DNA from: Massalongia carnosa
Taxonomy: Eukaryota
Assembly: GCA_965645245.1 (NCBI GenBank)
Contig: OZ287076.1
Location: 992,001 to 1,056,000 of the forward strand
Direction: 5' to 3'
Length of the DNA stretch: 64,000 bases
The position numbers and the translations under genes are program-made. The notes under the pieces are model-generated. The model was not told the DNA's origin. It did no database searches and saw only the letters and a program-made list of their open reading frames with translations. Positions within the stretch are counted from its first letter, which is position 1. Every line of letters begins with the position of its first letter. Positions 1 to 11,745 of this stretch are shown piece by piece.

Positions 1-1415
1 CGTAAAGCCCATGATCAATGAGCACAAGCTCTGGCTTGCCGGAGGGTAGACGTCGAATGAATATGTTTCCTGGATGCGGATCGCAATGCACCCAGCCCCA
101 AAGAAACATTTGTGCTGAGAATAAATCGATCATTGTGGTCATAACATCCTTCAGCGACACGTCTAGCCCTCCTGAACCATCTGCACCTTTCCACCAGTCC
201 CGATTTGGCTTCACCATACCCTCGATCGAGTTTAACTGAGCAGGACGTGTAAGATCCACTTGATTGAACAAATCAAGAGGCGCTCCGTGGCATCCTGGGC
301 TTCCTTGGCCTCGCTTTCCCTTCCACTTTCCAATCAGGTTCTCCTTGTCCCATAGCCGAACACCTTCGATCCATTCTGCTGTCATGACACGCCTTGAACT
401 GAATTCCCGGTATACTTTAGGAATATATACTTTGTCGCGGAGTCGTGCTTCGCCAGCAACAAGCTTTGCCATTCGTTCAGAATTGTCTGCCTCGTTAACG
501 AAATCAGTTTCGAGAAGTAACCGCTCAGATATAAATGGAACTAGACTGTAAAACGGGAGTTGAAACCATGCCGAGTATATATATGTGACGACCCTCGCAC
601 AACAGGTCAGCCGTTGAAGGGCTGTAGAGCAGTTTTTTAACATACTTGAAAGTCCACAGGTCCCATCCAACCTGTTGTGCTATTTCTCGTTTCTGCACTT
701 TTATTGCTACTTCTCTTCCATCCTTGAGCCTTGCCCAATGTACCTGGGCAACGCTGGCACTTGCTCGAGCAGTCCTTTCCATGACTCCCATTTCAGGATC
801 TCCTATGAAGCTGATTCCGAAAACCTCCTCTGGGGATTTGCCGAAATCCTCTCGTATTACCTGCTCAACCTCTTTCCATGAATTTTGCGGAGCATTATCG
901 AACATTTTGGCAAACATCCTTTGAAATTCCGGAGGCAATATAGCAGACTGCATGGCGATCGCCTGGCCCATTTTGAGATAAAGTCCCCCATTAGTGCGGA
1001 GGAGGTTGAATAGACGCTCGGCATTGCGACGATGCAGCGCGGGTATTGATTCTGCAAGCGGTGGATGTGGCCGAAAGTTGATTTTATAGTCTATTGCTAC
1101 GACAAGGCCGAGACCGAAAGTACGCACACTCCGGGTTATGGATGAGGCATAAAACTGACTGTCGACTACATAAAGAACACCTAGCCCGACGGCGAAGTAG
1201 GCAAAGCGCCGAGTCCATCTGCGCGTGCGACGATATTGCCTTGGAGGAGCTGCCTTTGGGAGAGAATTAGGGGATGGGGGAACGAAAGGTAGAAATTTTT
1301 GAGTTTGGATGTTTCTCCTCGATTTGAGAGCTGATAAAACTGGGGTCAAGGGTATGCCGGAGACCTTAGAATTCTTAAGACAATGTATACAAAGACTAAT
1401 CGAGCGGCGAATCAT
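1..1415 (-). CDS. ABC1/UbiB-family atypical kinase (ADCK1/Mcp2-like), 5' part; gene continues beyond the window start
   Basis: ORF 525..1415 has GGLYLKMGQ, ASASVAQVH and VAIKVQ. Removing a 52-bp intron (594-645) continues the frame through ETDFVNEADN...HCDPHPGN...LIDHGLY to the window edge. Confidence 0.9.
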
Positions 1416-1483
1416 GTCAATAATGAGGGAAACCTCAAAATGTACATCGTATGCTTTACATACCTTAAGGGCGGTTGGGGGTA

Positions 1484-3612
1484 CAGTCGAACCCCGCTAT
1501 AGGGAAGTTCCGTATGTATAACCAAAACCTCGGCATAACGAAATTATTTTTCGGATTTTTTGTAGTTATGGTAAAAACCTCGTTATAACGAAATCCCCTC
1601 CATTATGTACGATATAACGAAATTTATTTTCTTATTTTTGGTGATGTTCGTTATAGCGAGATGGTAAAACTATCATATATTTGCTACGATTCTGCTGTAA
1701 ATATGTCTCGAGAATGGCCTGCCTCCATGTCTTTGTCAACTTTCCCCCCCCTCGAAAAAAAACCCGTCATGGAATCACGAATATTCAGCGAAAAGCTCTT
1801 CGGGACTGGTACAATGATGATTCAAAGGATAAAGTGACTCAGAACGACTGTCGCATGTGGTGGAAAAGAGAGTATAATTATGTGCCTGGGAGTGCATCTA
1901 TCAGCGAGATTCTTAGTTCCAAATATGCTTACTTGGATGATAAAGAGGAGGCGAGTTCAATCATACGGGAGGTTATTCCCAAATGGCCTGTGTTAGAAGA
2001 TGCTTTGATCGAATGGGAGCAGCGATAAGTCTCACTTTTAATGCTGACGTGCTACGGACCAAGGCCACCGAGTTGTGGAACAAACTACCTCAGTATAAAG
2101 GTATTCCCACTCCGAAATGGAGCAATGGCTGGCTGGATCGATTTAAAAGACGACGAGGACTCAAACAACGCATTCATCATGGCGAGGCTGGTTCAGCTGA
2201 TCAAAGCGAAAATGTACAGCAGATAATGACTGATCTTCGTAAATTAGTATCTGAATATGCTGCCAAAGACGTTTATAACATGGATGAAACAGGGCTTTTT
2301 TGGAAAATGGCACCCGATCGATCTCTTGGTACTGAGAGGCACGCCGGTCAGAAGCAGGATAAGGTGTGTTTTTCACAGTAAGCTGCTTCGATTTGGCAGA
2401 GTTCTAATTTTAACAGGCTAGAATCACTGCCTGTCTCACATGTAATGCTGATGGGTCGGATAAACCTGATATCTGGTTTATTGGTAAGGCCAAAAGGCCA
2501 AATTGTTTTCGGGATGCCAAAATTCATGGACTGGAGAATGTGGGTGCTGTTTGGAGGTATAATCCCAAGGCCTGGAATAATAACATCATCATGAGAGAAT
2601 ATTTGCATTGGTTAAATGGTCATATAAATGGACGATCGATTTTGTTGTTGATGGATAATTTCAGTGCTCACGAATTGGCTGTGAAAATTTTGATGGATGA
2701 AGGTAAATAAATCAATGTGTTAACGTTATAATTAATCATGATATCATATCTAAAATTCGTCTATCCAGGTGTTTTGCAGAATATTCGCATTGCGTGGCTA
2801 CCTGCAAATGCCACCTCGTTACATCAACCTTTGGATCAAGGCATCATACAAAACTGGAAGGTCTATGTACGAAAACAACTCGTCAAGTTTATGGTAAATT
2901 CTTTCGATGCTGGAAAAGATCCGACTGCCTCCATAAATGTTCTTCGTGTCATTCGATGGGGCATTTCAGCATGGGAAAACGACGTCAAACCTTCCACCAT
3001 ACAGAACTGCTGGGGGCGATCAAGAGTCATTGATTGGGGTTCAGCACCCTTCAATCAACCAAGAACCTCGAGATGGGTCGAGTCCGAGACTGTTTTGCAA
3101 GAGATTACACAGGACATACGTCAGATGCAGGTCATGGGTAGAATAGAAGAGGCGATGAACATTCATCAATTTATAAACCCGCCCGAGGAGGCTATAGGGG
3201 ACATAAATGAAGATATTATGAATGATTTCGTTTCACGATATGCGGAGCAGGAAAGGCTCGCTGAGACGGATGAAGAGGTGGAAGTTACACCTGTTATAAC
3301 GGTCTGTCAAGCACAGGAGGCTTGTAGGATCCTGAGACTGCATGAAGAACAGCAGTTGAAGGGCGATATGGGCATGCTTCGTCAATTACGAAGGCATGAA
3401 CGGGGGCTGTTTGAAAGACGGCAAAACAGTCAAAAACAATCTACTTTAAGCACTTGGGTAGTTGCTGGGACAAGGGGGGAATTGGGAGTTTACAGGGGGG
3501 CAAAGTAGTAAATTTACCATGATTTCCCCCATCTCCCCCGATATAACGAAAAACCCGCTATAACGAAATTATTTTGGTAAAACGCCACCATCGTTATGGC
3601 GGGGTTCGACTG
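1484..3612 (+). mobile_element. pogo/Tigger-like (CENP-B-related) DNA transposon
   Basis: TA at 1482-1483 and 3613-3614. Imperfect TIRs CAGTCGAACCCCGCTATA / CAGTCGAACCCCGCCATA. Repeated subterminal ATAACGAAA motifs at both ends. Internal transposase. Confidence 0.93.
1714..3508 (+). pseudogene. pogo DDD transposase with two introns and a frameshift near 2025
   Basis: HTH-CENPB region (WPVLEDALIEW...SNGWLDRFKRR) and motifs YNMDETGL, LLMDNFSAH, QPLDQGII. Introns 2364-2416 and 2703-2768 restore the frame. Frame break between EWEQR and SLTFNADVLR. Confidence 0.85.
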
Positions 3613-4050
3613 TATTCGGACATAGTCTTGAGATGGTCTCAAGATATTATCAACTAGAACGTTCTTGTTATAGTCTATCTACTAATTGATTACGTCAGTC
3701 AAGAAAGCAAACAGTGTTCAGATATTCTGTTTTAAAGACAATCTTATAACTTTATCATAAGTAAAATATCTTATAACGTGGAATGCATGTTTTTAACAAC
3801 AGAGTCTCAAGACGATCATGGTTTGAAGATTTTCATTGGATTAGCTCAAAGATTCTTCTGAATCAGGAGTGCTTTAAACAGTGTAATATCTGGTCGACGT
3901 GATCTCAAGTTTGTTAGAGTCGAGTGCAAATAAAACATTTTCTTCGGTCAAGCTATCAGCTATCTAGAACAAACCTGAGGCTAAATGTGGCTGCATCAAC
4001 AACTTTAAGCAAAAAATCTTTTCTTCATACCAGTACAAAAAAGTAAACAT

Positions 4051-4900
4051 TCACGAACTAAGCCCGTCCTCATCTTCGTCCTCGGCCTCGGTGACCTTTA
4101 TTTCATCCATGATAGCGCCAAATTCCTCCATCTCTAGATTATTCGACGATCCCTTTCTCAGGCATTTTGCCCGAGCTGGTTTCAATTTTAAATGATATGG
4201 CTTAATGTTTTGATATTTTGTCATTTGAGGAAATGTATCGTAAAACTCTAAAAGAGAGGTTCGATCTGTGCCTTCGGCTCTGGGTGCGTCTAAGTACAAT
4301 TTCTTCTTGACCGCTAAATTTAAAAAATATACTTTTTTCATATCAATATGTAAACTCCATCAGTTCTCGTATGCCTTGTTACCTTTAATCCAATAGGGCC
4401 CTCGAGGCATTGCACCCTTCTTTGAAGACTCGTGGAACATCAAAGTTTTGGCTGCCCAGGGAAAAACTGTCTCAGCATCATGATGATCATATTGCTGTGC
4501 AAAAGCTTTGAATAGCCTGCTCGAGTCATGCTCGGATTCCAGCAGCCCTAGGTTGTCTCTCATGATAGCAGACTGTATGTAGTCCTAAAAACAGTCAGAA
4601 GTCGAGTATAAACGCTAATAGCAAGCTACATAGTTCCATACACACTAGAGAGCGATGTTTCCATGTTGAAAAGTTGGATTGCACCTTAGTGACTCCCTTC
4701 CTGAAATAAATATCTTCCTCATTCACATCTTCTCTTATTGCATTTCGAACGATATGCACTATTTGATCTGCGTCCAACTTGTCATAACGAAGCGCAAATG
4801 GCCGCAAAGAAGCCTCCATTCGCATGACTATTAGGTTCCATTCGGAGATAATGGCCTGGCTTCCGGCAGATACGAAGTCCTAAAACAAATAGGCACCAAC
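4051..4900 (-). pseudogene. Fragmented hypothetical protein of unknown family inside the TE island
   Basis: Three consecutive same-strand ORFs (4595-4825, 4360-4563, 4051-4341) with protein-like composition and an acidic C-terminus. No recognised domain. Confidence 0.45.
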
Positions 4901-5079
4901 GACTATCGAACGATCATGAGCTCGTCGAAAATGTTGAAAAAACTAACCACATGGATAATAAAAGCAAATTTGCTGACCCAATTTTCACTAGCATCGCAAC
5001 TGTTATACGAGTGATAACTCTCATTTTGTCAAGGATTTCACAGAACATCGAGCGAAGAATGCAGTCCAGAAACGGAACA

Positions 5080-7270
5080 CGTTTGGGATAATGGCGCAGT
5101 CTGCATGGTTTTTATCCCTTTAAAAGGTCTTCCCTGTAAGAATAAGTAGATAGCCCGCATGGGCCGGCCTTCGGCCGGTGTCAGGTCGGTACAAGAATCA
5201 GTCATCATCATCATTGCTCTTGACCCGCACGGATCCGAGTTTAACGATGTGATGAACTGTCTTCATACCAGTTTGGGAAACATGGATCGTGGTTGCATTC
5301 TTGAAATCAATGGACAGAAACAAGTGGCTTGGGCTCCGATTCTAGCATATCTTGGTGATATGAAGCAGCAGCAAGCTTCCGGAGGGTTTCTTGGGTCACG
5401 TGCCAACTATTGTTGTCGCTTTTGTGATGCGGGCCTCCATAATCGAGGAGATTTGCAGCGGGATATTCTACTTCATGGTCGTTATCATCATGAGGTGTTG
5501 GTTATACGAAAAAAAAGCCTAGCAATAAAAGGAAAGACAAAGAGACTGGCATATCTTACACGAAATGGGCTCAAACCCGAATCTTCTGCGCTTCAGACAT
5601 TAACCCCGGCGCTTGATCTTATCACGAGTTGTCCACCGGATCCGATAGCGAGTATTACGGACTAGTACGAAGATTGTACCCTTTTCTTTACACGAAAATA
5701 CTCACGAAACGAGCTGCTGAAGATTTTACAGCTGCCTTGCACTATTTTCCGTTTCCACCTGGCTGGGGCCGAATACAGTCTCCGGCTATTCATATGGCCT
5801 CATGGAGTATGAGCGAATGCGCTCGTGCCTCAGTCGTAATACCTCTACTTCTTCGCTGTTTTAAGAAACCATCATGTACGACAGCCTTTTCGAAATGGAT
5901 TGAAAGTTCAGTTTCCTAAAGAACGTCGCCATTGCGCTTCAGATGAAGATTTGATAGTGTTTGGCTTTGGGAATCTCACATGGAGTAACACGTTAATCTC
6001 GTCTTTCGAATTATTCCTCAAAGATCGTCAAGAATTTCACAGTCAAATCGTCAATGCTCGACAATGTTTTCTAGGTCTGATGAATGCAGCACAAAATCCA
6101 AAACGACAAGAAAAGAAGAAAGACAACGAGAAAAGTGAGTCTGTCACTGAGGAGTTATCTTTCAGTTCTAGACGAGCATCGATTCTGAAACATCCATAAA
6201 CTCCCTTATTGGTGATACAGACACTTCATTTGAAGAGGCGTCCGTTGGTAATCTTGTGTCAGATCCCGACATGAGACTTTCTGCATCAGTGACTACTCGG
6301 AATGGCGAGGCCGATAAGCTGCCAAACTTTCATATTAGTATACATTTCGAAAGAGTCATGCAGGAGTATAGTGTTCTGTGGAACGTTAATGTGCTCTTTG
6401 GAGAAGACAAACATCGCTTTTTTAAAGCAAGCCGTATTGTCAACAAATCATCAAAAGCCAGAGCGACAGCTTTTAGGGAAAGCCGCTATCCTCTTCACTG
6501 TCGTCGCTCTTTTGAATGGCTCATTTCGTCATACCGATCCGGAGATCACTCTGCAAATGATTCGTTTGAAGCGGAACTGCCCGGCTCTCCTTGAAAGTCT
6601 ATTATTCCACGGGGATCGCCCACAAACAGACGATCAGGAGTCGACAAATAATTGTCTATTAGAATCTCCCTCACATTTAAAAACTGCAGTGCGGGGAAAG
6701 CTCAAGCTTTCCTATGCACAAAATCAAGGTCTTCCTATCAGAATAACCAACTCCACAGAGCTCCGATTTAGGCAACTGATGCAGACTGTTATGACCGGGT
6801 ATGGCCTTAATGGCGTTCAATGGAGAAACAAGCCTTTGTACTGGTATGAACAATGCTCCTTTACTGTCAGGTCAACTGGCAAACGTTTCTCATTGCATAT
6901 TAGCGACTTTCTTCGACTCCGCTCTAGCACATATGCTCAGCTTCGACAAATTTATACTCACTATCTACCATTTGAGAATATTCAGCGAGTGTTCCTTTGG
7001 ATTCGACTGCTAAAGACCGCTTCCTATAAAGACGAGGTCCTAAATTTGAGCATCTTTCAACTGAAATACACGGATAGAGTGATCCCGTTATTCTTTGTTG
7101 ATCCAGATAAGATCTACATTGTTCCTGTTAATCGTACGCTCAATAAGCCAGTATCCTCACATGTCGTCGTGTCGACAATAAGTTCAAACAGTAACAAAGA
7201 ATCAGATATGGATTTGTTACATTGTACATGGGAGTCAACTTTTTGTAAAAAAAATAGTCATGACGACTGA
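5080..7270 (+). pseudogene. Frameshifted CACTA/EnSpm (CMC)- or Plavaka-like DDE transposase
   Basis: Collinear motifs across frames: LGDMKQQ..GF...ANYCCRFC, PPD-x-SEYYGL, FPFPPGWGRIQSP, LPNFHISIH...GEDKHRFFK, then a beta-rich C-terminal domain. This GD..CxxC / PNxH / GExxH order is typical of CMC-related transposases. Confidence 0.65.
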
Positions 7271-7549
7271 ACTGATGTTGTGTGAATTTAGGACAACATT
7301 TTCGCTAGCCCCAAAGATCAACCAACGTTGATATTCATTTCACTTAATCTATCCTCTTTCATCTTTACCTTTCTACTCATCTTTACCTTCCTTCCCATCC
7401 GTCATTGATTTATTCTTTCAATCCTGTTGCTCATTCCTTCTTCATCTGAGTACTACTATCGATCTTTTCTCGAGCATCAGTTCTTAAACTGGTATGATCG
7501 CCTGTCTTGATTTTGAGATACAATTTCATCACACATTACACTATCACAG

Positions 7550-9464
7550 GTTTCAGCCTCTATTTATCCACATCATGAAAGAAAATGTTTATTCCTTATG
7601 ATATCTTCATCTAAAGCTTTTAAATTATATTTTTTCAGGCGATCTCGATCACGCCTAGAAAAACGAGGAGAGCAGTAAAGAAGGATATAGATAAGAAGAT
7701 GACGAATGAGAACTTGAAAACTCATACCAAGTTTTTCAAGAATGAGCCATATCGAGAAGAAGAAGCAGCGGAGTCCCAATGGGTACATAGAGCTCACGCC
7801 CGGTTGGCTTATCCTTCATATCGATATGAATCTGAGGAGCAAATAAAAGCTAATGTATGAATGCAGGGAATTTTTCAAGCCATAAAAGATTGGAAGGGCA
7901 AGAAGACGGAGAAACCACAAATCACAGCTATTCAGAAAGCTGGAGCCGATAATTTCTCACACATCATAGCACCATTATGACATTTAACTCTCGCGAGTGC
8001 CTCCCTTCTTCTCAGTAGACTCGACCGCATGCTTCGAAAAATAGGTCATAACATCTTGGTCAACGATATCAACCGATTTCGAGCAAAAGGCGTGACTGCT
8101 CATCATATCATTAATCTTGTGAAACGAGAAGGAGACTCTGATGTTACTACTAGTTCGGAAAAACTCAAATTTCTGACCTACGGTGCTCCCACCATGAGAT
8201 ACATACTATATCAAATTCATACTTATGTATTACCTCATACCATTACAGACAAACCACGAAAGCTGTTGATTACAGGAGATGTACCACTCAACGCCTTTTT
8301 CTAAGATAGAGTTTGTAATTTTGCATATGTGGAGACCGAAGTGTTAAACGCTGGATTGACGGATTTAGAGCGCGTGAATCTTGTCAAAAGATTCAATGAT
8401 CCTAAAGATTCCTTGCTGATTTTGATAATAATGTATCAGGTGTCGTCGGCACATGGAGTAAATCTGGATCGATGTTGTTGTCGGGTTTTAGTGGCAACGC
8501 TAGCCATCAATGCACTTCAGAAATTCAGGCTTGGTCTCGAGTAATTCGGGTATGTTATCTGAAAAGAGCGTGAAATTCCTTCGTACCGATACGAAAGACT
8601 AATCGTTGCATTTTCATGCAGGTTTCTCAAACCGAACCGGTGTTAATTGTTTGAGTTGTGACAAAGAACTCACATGATCAATATCGAGACTCCAAGCAAA
8701 CAGACAAGGCCGTGGTGGACTTAGCCACTCGATCCTTTTCGTCAGAGGTGCAGAACCTGCTTGTCAACTTATTGAATGAGTCCAATAAATACGTCAAAGA
8801 GGCACATGAGAGTCAGAGAGGACACGAGATTCTGAAGGAAACGAATTTCTTCCCACAGAGGATTCAAATAATCCGATGAATGTCGAGTTTGACGAGGAGA
8901 CCGGCGGTAGATTAACTATCACGGTGCAAGATTCAATGGACATTGATCTCGAAAGTACAGTCACGAATCCTGCACCCCGAAAACGTCAGAGACCTGACAG
9001 ATTCGCGGATACAATGCTGCAAGATGACGAAGAATCCGAGGTGACATCGGATGATAGTGATGCTTTTCAAAGTGATGAAGACGGAGATGAGATAACTGCC
9101 TTGAAAGATATTGTTTTGGAGACGACAACGACCAAGAAGTTGAGACGAAATTACAGCAAACTAACTTCAATCGAGCAGAAGCAATACAATCAAGATGAAA
9201 TGAACTTGCGACACTTGTTGAGCTTGTCATCGACAAGAATCTACACTGTCGAGGACTTAAGACGTTGAAATACTTGATCGAGCGTTGAGGCTACTCTTTC
9301 ATGCTCGGTTTGGTCAAGATCAGCAATATATGAGGATTAGTCCTCACGTCACTTACGATAAATTACCAAGCAAAGTGTCGAATGCCATCAAAGCTAAATT
9401 GCGGGTGGAAGAACAACATGTCAAGCAATGTTTGAGCATACTAAATGCTGCTGGAGTTTTGTGA
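7550..9464 (+). pseudogene. Degraded SNF2/SF2 helicase-like gene (helicase C-terminal lobe plus acidic tail)
   Basis: ERVNLVKRFNDP..LLILII....GVNLDRCC..VLV....NA..EIQAWSRVIR|VSQTEPVLIV*VVTKNSHD matches SNF2 motifs IV-VI. Intron 8550-8621. Several stops and frameshifts. No Walker A/DEAH lobe seen; start boundary approximate. Confidence 0.65.
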
Positions 9465-9553
9465 GAGTTCTTTCCATTCTGCTGACAACGTTGATGCAAC
9501 TACAGCTAGCAGACGATAGAGAACCTAGAGTCATGCCAAAGCAGACTTTCTTG

Positions 9554-9643
9554 GAGAAGGCCGTTTCCGAGAAGGCCATTTCCGAGAAGGAAGTCTCCAA
9601 GAAGGACGTCTCCGAGAAGGACGTTTCCGAGAAGGCCGTCTTA
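9554..9643. repeat. 15-bp minisatellite, 6 copies (consensus GAGAAGGMCGTYTCC)
   Basis: gagaaggccgtttcc gagaaggccatttcc gagaaggaagtctcc aagaaggacgtctcc gagaaggacgtttcc gagaaggccgtctta. Confidence 0.92.
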
Positions 9644-9959
9644 GAAATCTCCTCTGGAATCTCCTCAGGCGAGAAGGGTTTGTCAGGTCAGAACAGCTGA
9701 GTTTTGCCGACACTCTTCATCATAAATTCGATGATTGATCTATCGCATTCAAACTTGTATGAAAGAACTAAGACTAATATATTTATTGCGTCAGGCTGCC
9801 CTTTCTTCTACATAGTCGCTTGGTACGTTGTGTTCTCTGCGCATATTGCAATTCAAGCTAACAGTCTTATTCTTCAGGTCCTCAAGGCACGTCTCTTATC
9901 TGCCTTGTTTCATCGGTTTCATACATGTTGTGAGAGGAGGTACGGGAACTGTTTTGATC

Positions 9960-11743
9960 CATCTCCTTCTCGTCCAGATGAGTCAAAACATCCGCAGCAA
10001 AAACATCATACTCCGGCAGAGCAAACAAGCGATGATTCCACAAAGGATGCTGAGGATATTTCTGTCAAAGAAGCACGGAGTCCTGCAGAAAAACCACACG
10101 AAGATAGTCTAACAGCCTTACGAACTGAATAGTGGCTATATCATCGAAAGAATGCTTCAACCACTTGTCTAGAGAAGGCCAGAAAGAAGACAAAAGCTCT
10201 GAAGATTGCGTGACTGCTGCTCGAGCGATATGATAGGTTCCAGGATGCTTTGGATCGAATCCAGCAATGCCTCGCATGAATTCTCTAGGCAGGGACGTAA
10301 GATAGCCCTTGTGCATGGAGTCGGTAGTCCAATGAGCTGCACGACGTATCTGATCCTCCTGAATGCCTTTCAGCTCGGCATACTTTGTTCCAGAACCTCG
10401 CCCAGCATGAGTGACCTTGCTATAGGTGAGGCCGAGGGGACTGTACACGCTGTGAATCCATTTGCGCTGAGTGGAATCAGAGATTTCTTTGCAGACGTCT
10501 TTAGGAGAGGCTATTAAACAAGAATCGTCAGTCGCATCATATCACTGAATTATTTCGCCGAACTGATAAAAACAATACAATAAAATGAAGGCAGTTTCGA
10601 GAAAAAACGATAATTCATTCAAAAAAGGAGGTCAAAAGCGGAAAACTTCGAAAGTAGATGGACGAATTGAGAGCAATTTAGTGAAATGGATTAAACTGAA
10701 AGAAAAACTGTGAGAAACATCGACAAATCAGTGATAAAATGAAAGAAAATCTCCAAAACTCACCGATCAGGACTCGTGTATTATACCAGTCCTTATTGCT
10801 TCCAAAATTCGGAAAAGATTCACCCGATTGCTCCCAACGCCAGAAAAAATACACCGATAACGCACTCAAACCACAAAGCGAAAGGTCCTTGTGCCTCAGC
10901 ATCCCATTGTACTCGATGCGCCCATTCTGATTGGTTTTACCATTGCCCATGAGGTAAAGCAATGCCGGGCAGGGCGAGGGACCCTCGTTGTCAAACATAA
11001 GTAGCTGTAAATCAGGAAGCTCAGCAAAGCGACGAGACTCACCCCGAGCAAGAAGAAGGTGTCCCATAAGATAATCTAGACGTCCTCGTAGGTTACCTCC
11101 GAGAATGGAGGGCTTGAAGGAGTGAGACTGCTTCCAAAACTCCTCCAATATTTCCCGAAGGGTCTTTTCATCATAGCCATCTGCTACCGTTCCTCGACCT
11201 CGATCCTCGAAGGCCAGCTTCTTCTTGATATGCTGATTTCGCGAAGAATCCTTCATAAGGGACTTTAGCGCATTGCCATTGGGATGAGAACGATTGTGCT
11301 GGCCTCGGGAAACTTGATAGGACCACAGATCTATCAGCGCAGTCTTGTATCCCCTTATTGAATTGTATTTGAGAGTTTGAGAGTCCTGATCCGAGTCCGA
11401 GTCCGAGTCGAGGGCTTGAGCTTTGCGATTTTTCTTTGCCCGGTTCATGACCCTGTCCTGAAAAAATCGCACCACTTTGGCTTCATGCACAATTTCTCCA
11501 TCATCATAGTGATGCTCTTCGCAGAAAATCTGTGCCTCAATTAGTCAATTAAAAAAATCCACATAACCTAATGAGAGTGTTTTTTAAAAGGGGGATTACC
11601 TTCCATTCCTTGACCACCCGAGTATACGCGCGATTGGTGTTTTTGGGCCTGCTAATTTGCGTCAAGGCCAGGGCAGAGTGCTGTGCACGAAAATTGGCGG
11701 TGTCATTGTCCAGATTACGCTGAACTTGTTCGATGGTAGCCAT
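9960..11743 (-). pseudogene. Crypton (CryptonF-type, NDC10 domain II-like) tyrosine recombinase, with a premature stop and apparent 3' truncation
   Basis: ATG 11743 (MATIEQ...RPKNTNRAY). Introns 11530-11599 and 10511-10763 join ARGESRR, GKTNQNG, RHKD..LC, KVTHAGRGSG and HW...GYLTSLP, giving the catalytic R-K-HxxR-W-Y set. TGA at 10065-10067 lies within conserved FLQDSVLL*QKYPQHPLW. No GCR1_C domain found. Confidence 0.88.
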
Positions 11744-11745
11744 TA

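Noticed and set aside
9554..9643. CRISPR-like array
   Set aside because: Head-to-tail minisatellite without spacers, in a eukaryotic context with no cas genes.
9960..11743. Canonical Starship captain (DUF3435) or host centromere protein Ndc10
   Set aside because: The motifs (RGES, GKTNQNG, THAGR, YLTSLP) fit CryptonF recombinases with a full catalytic set, in a TE context and with a premature stop.
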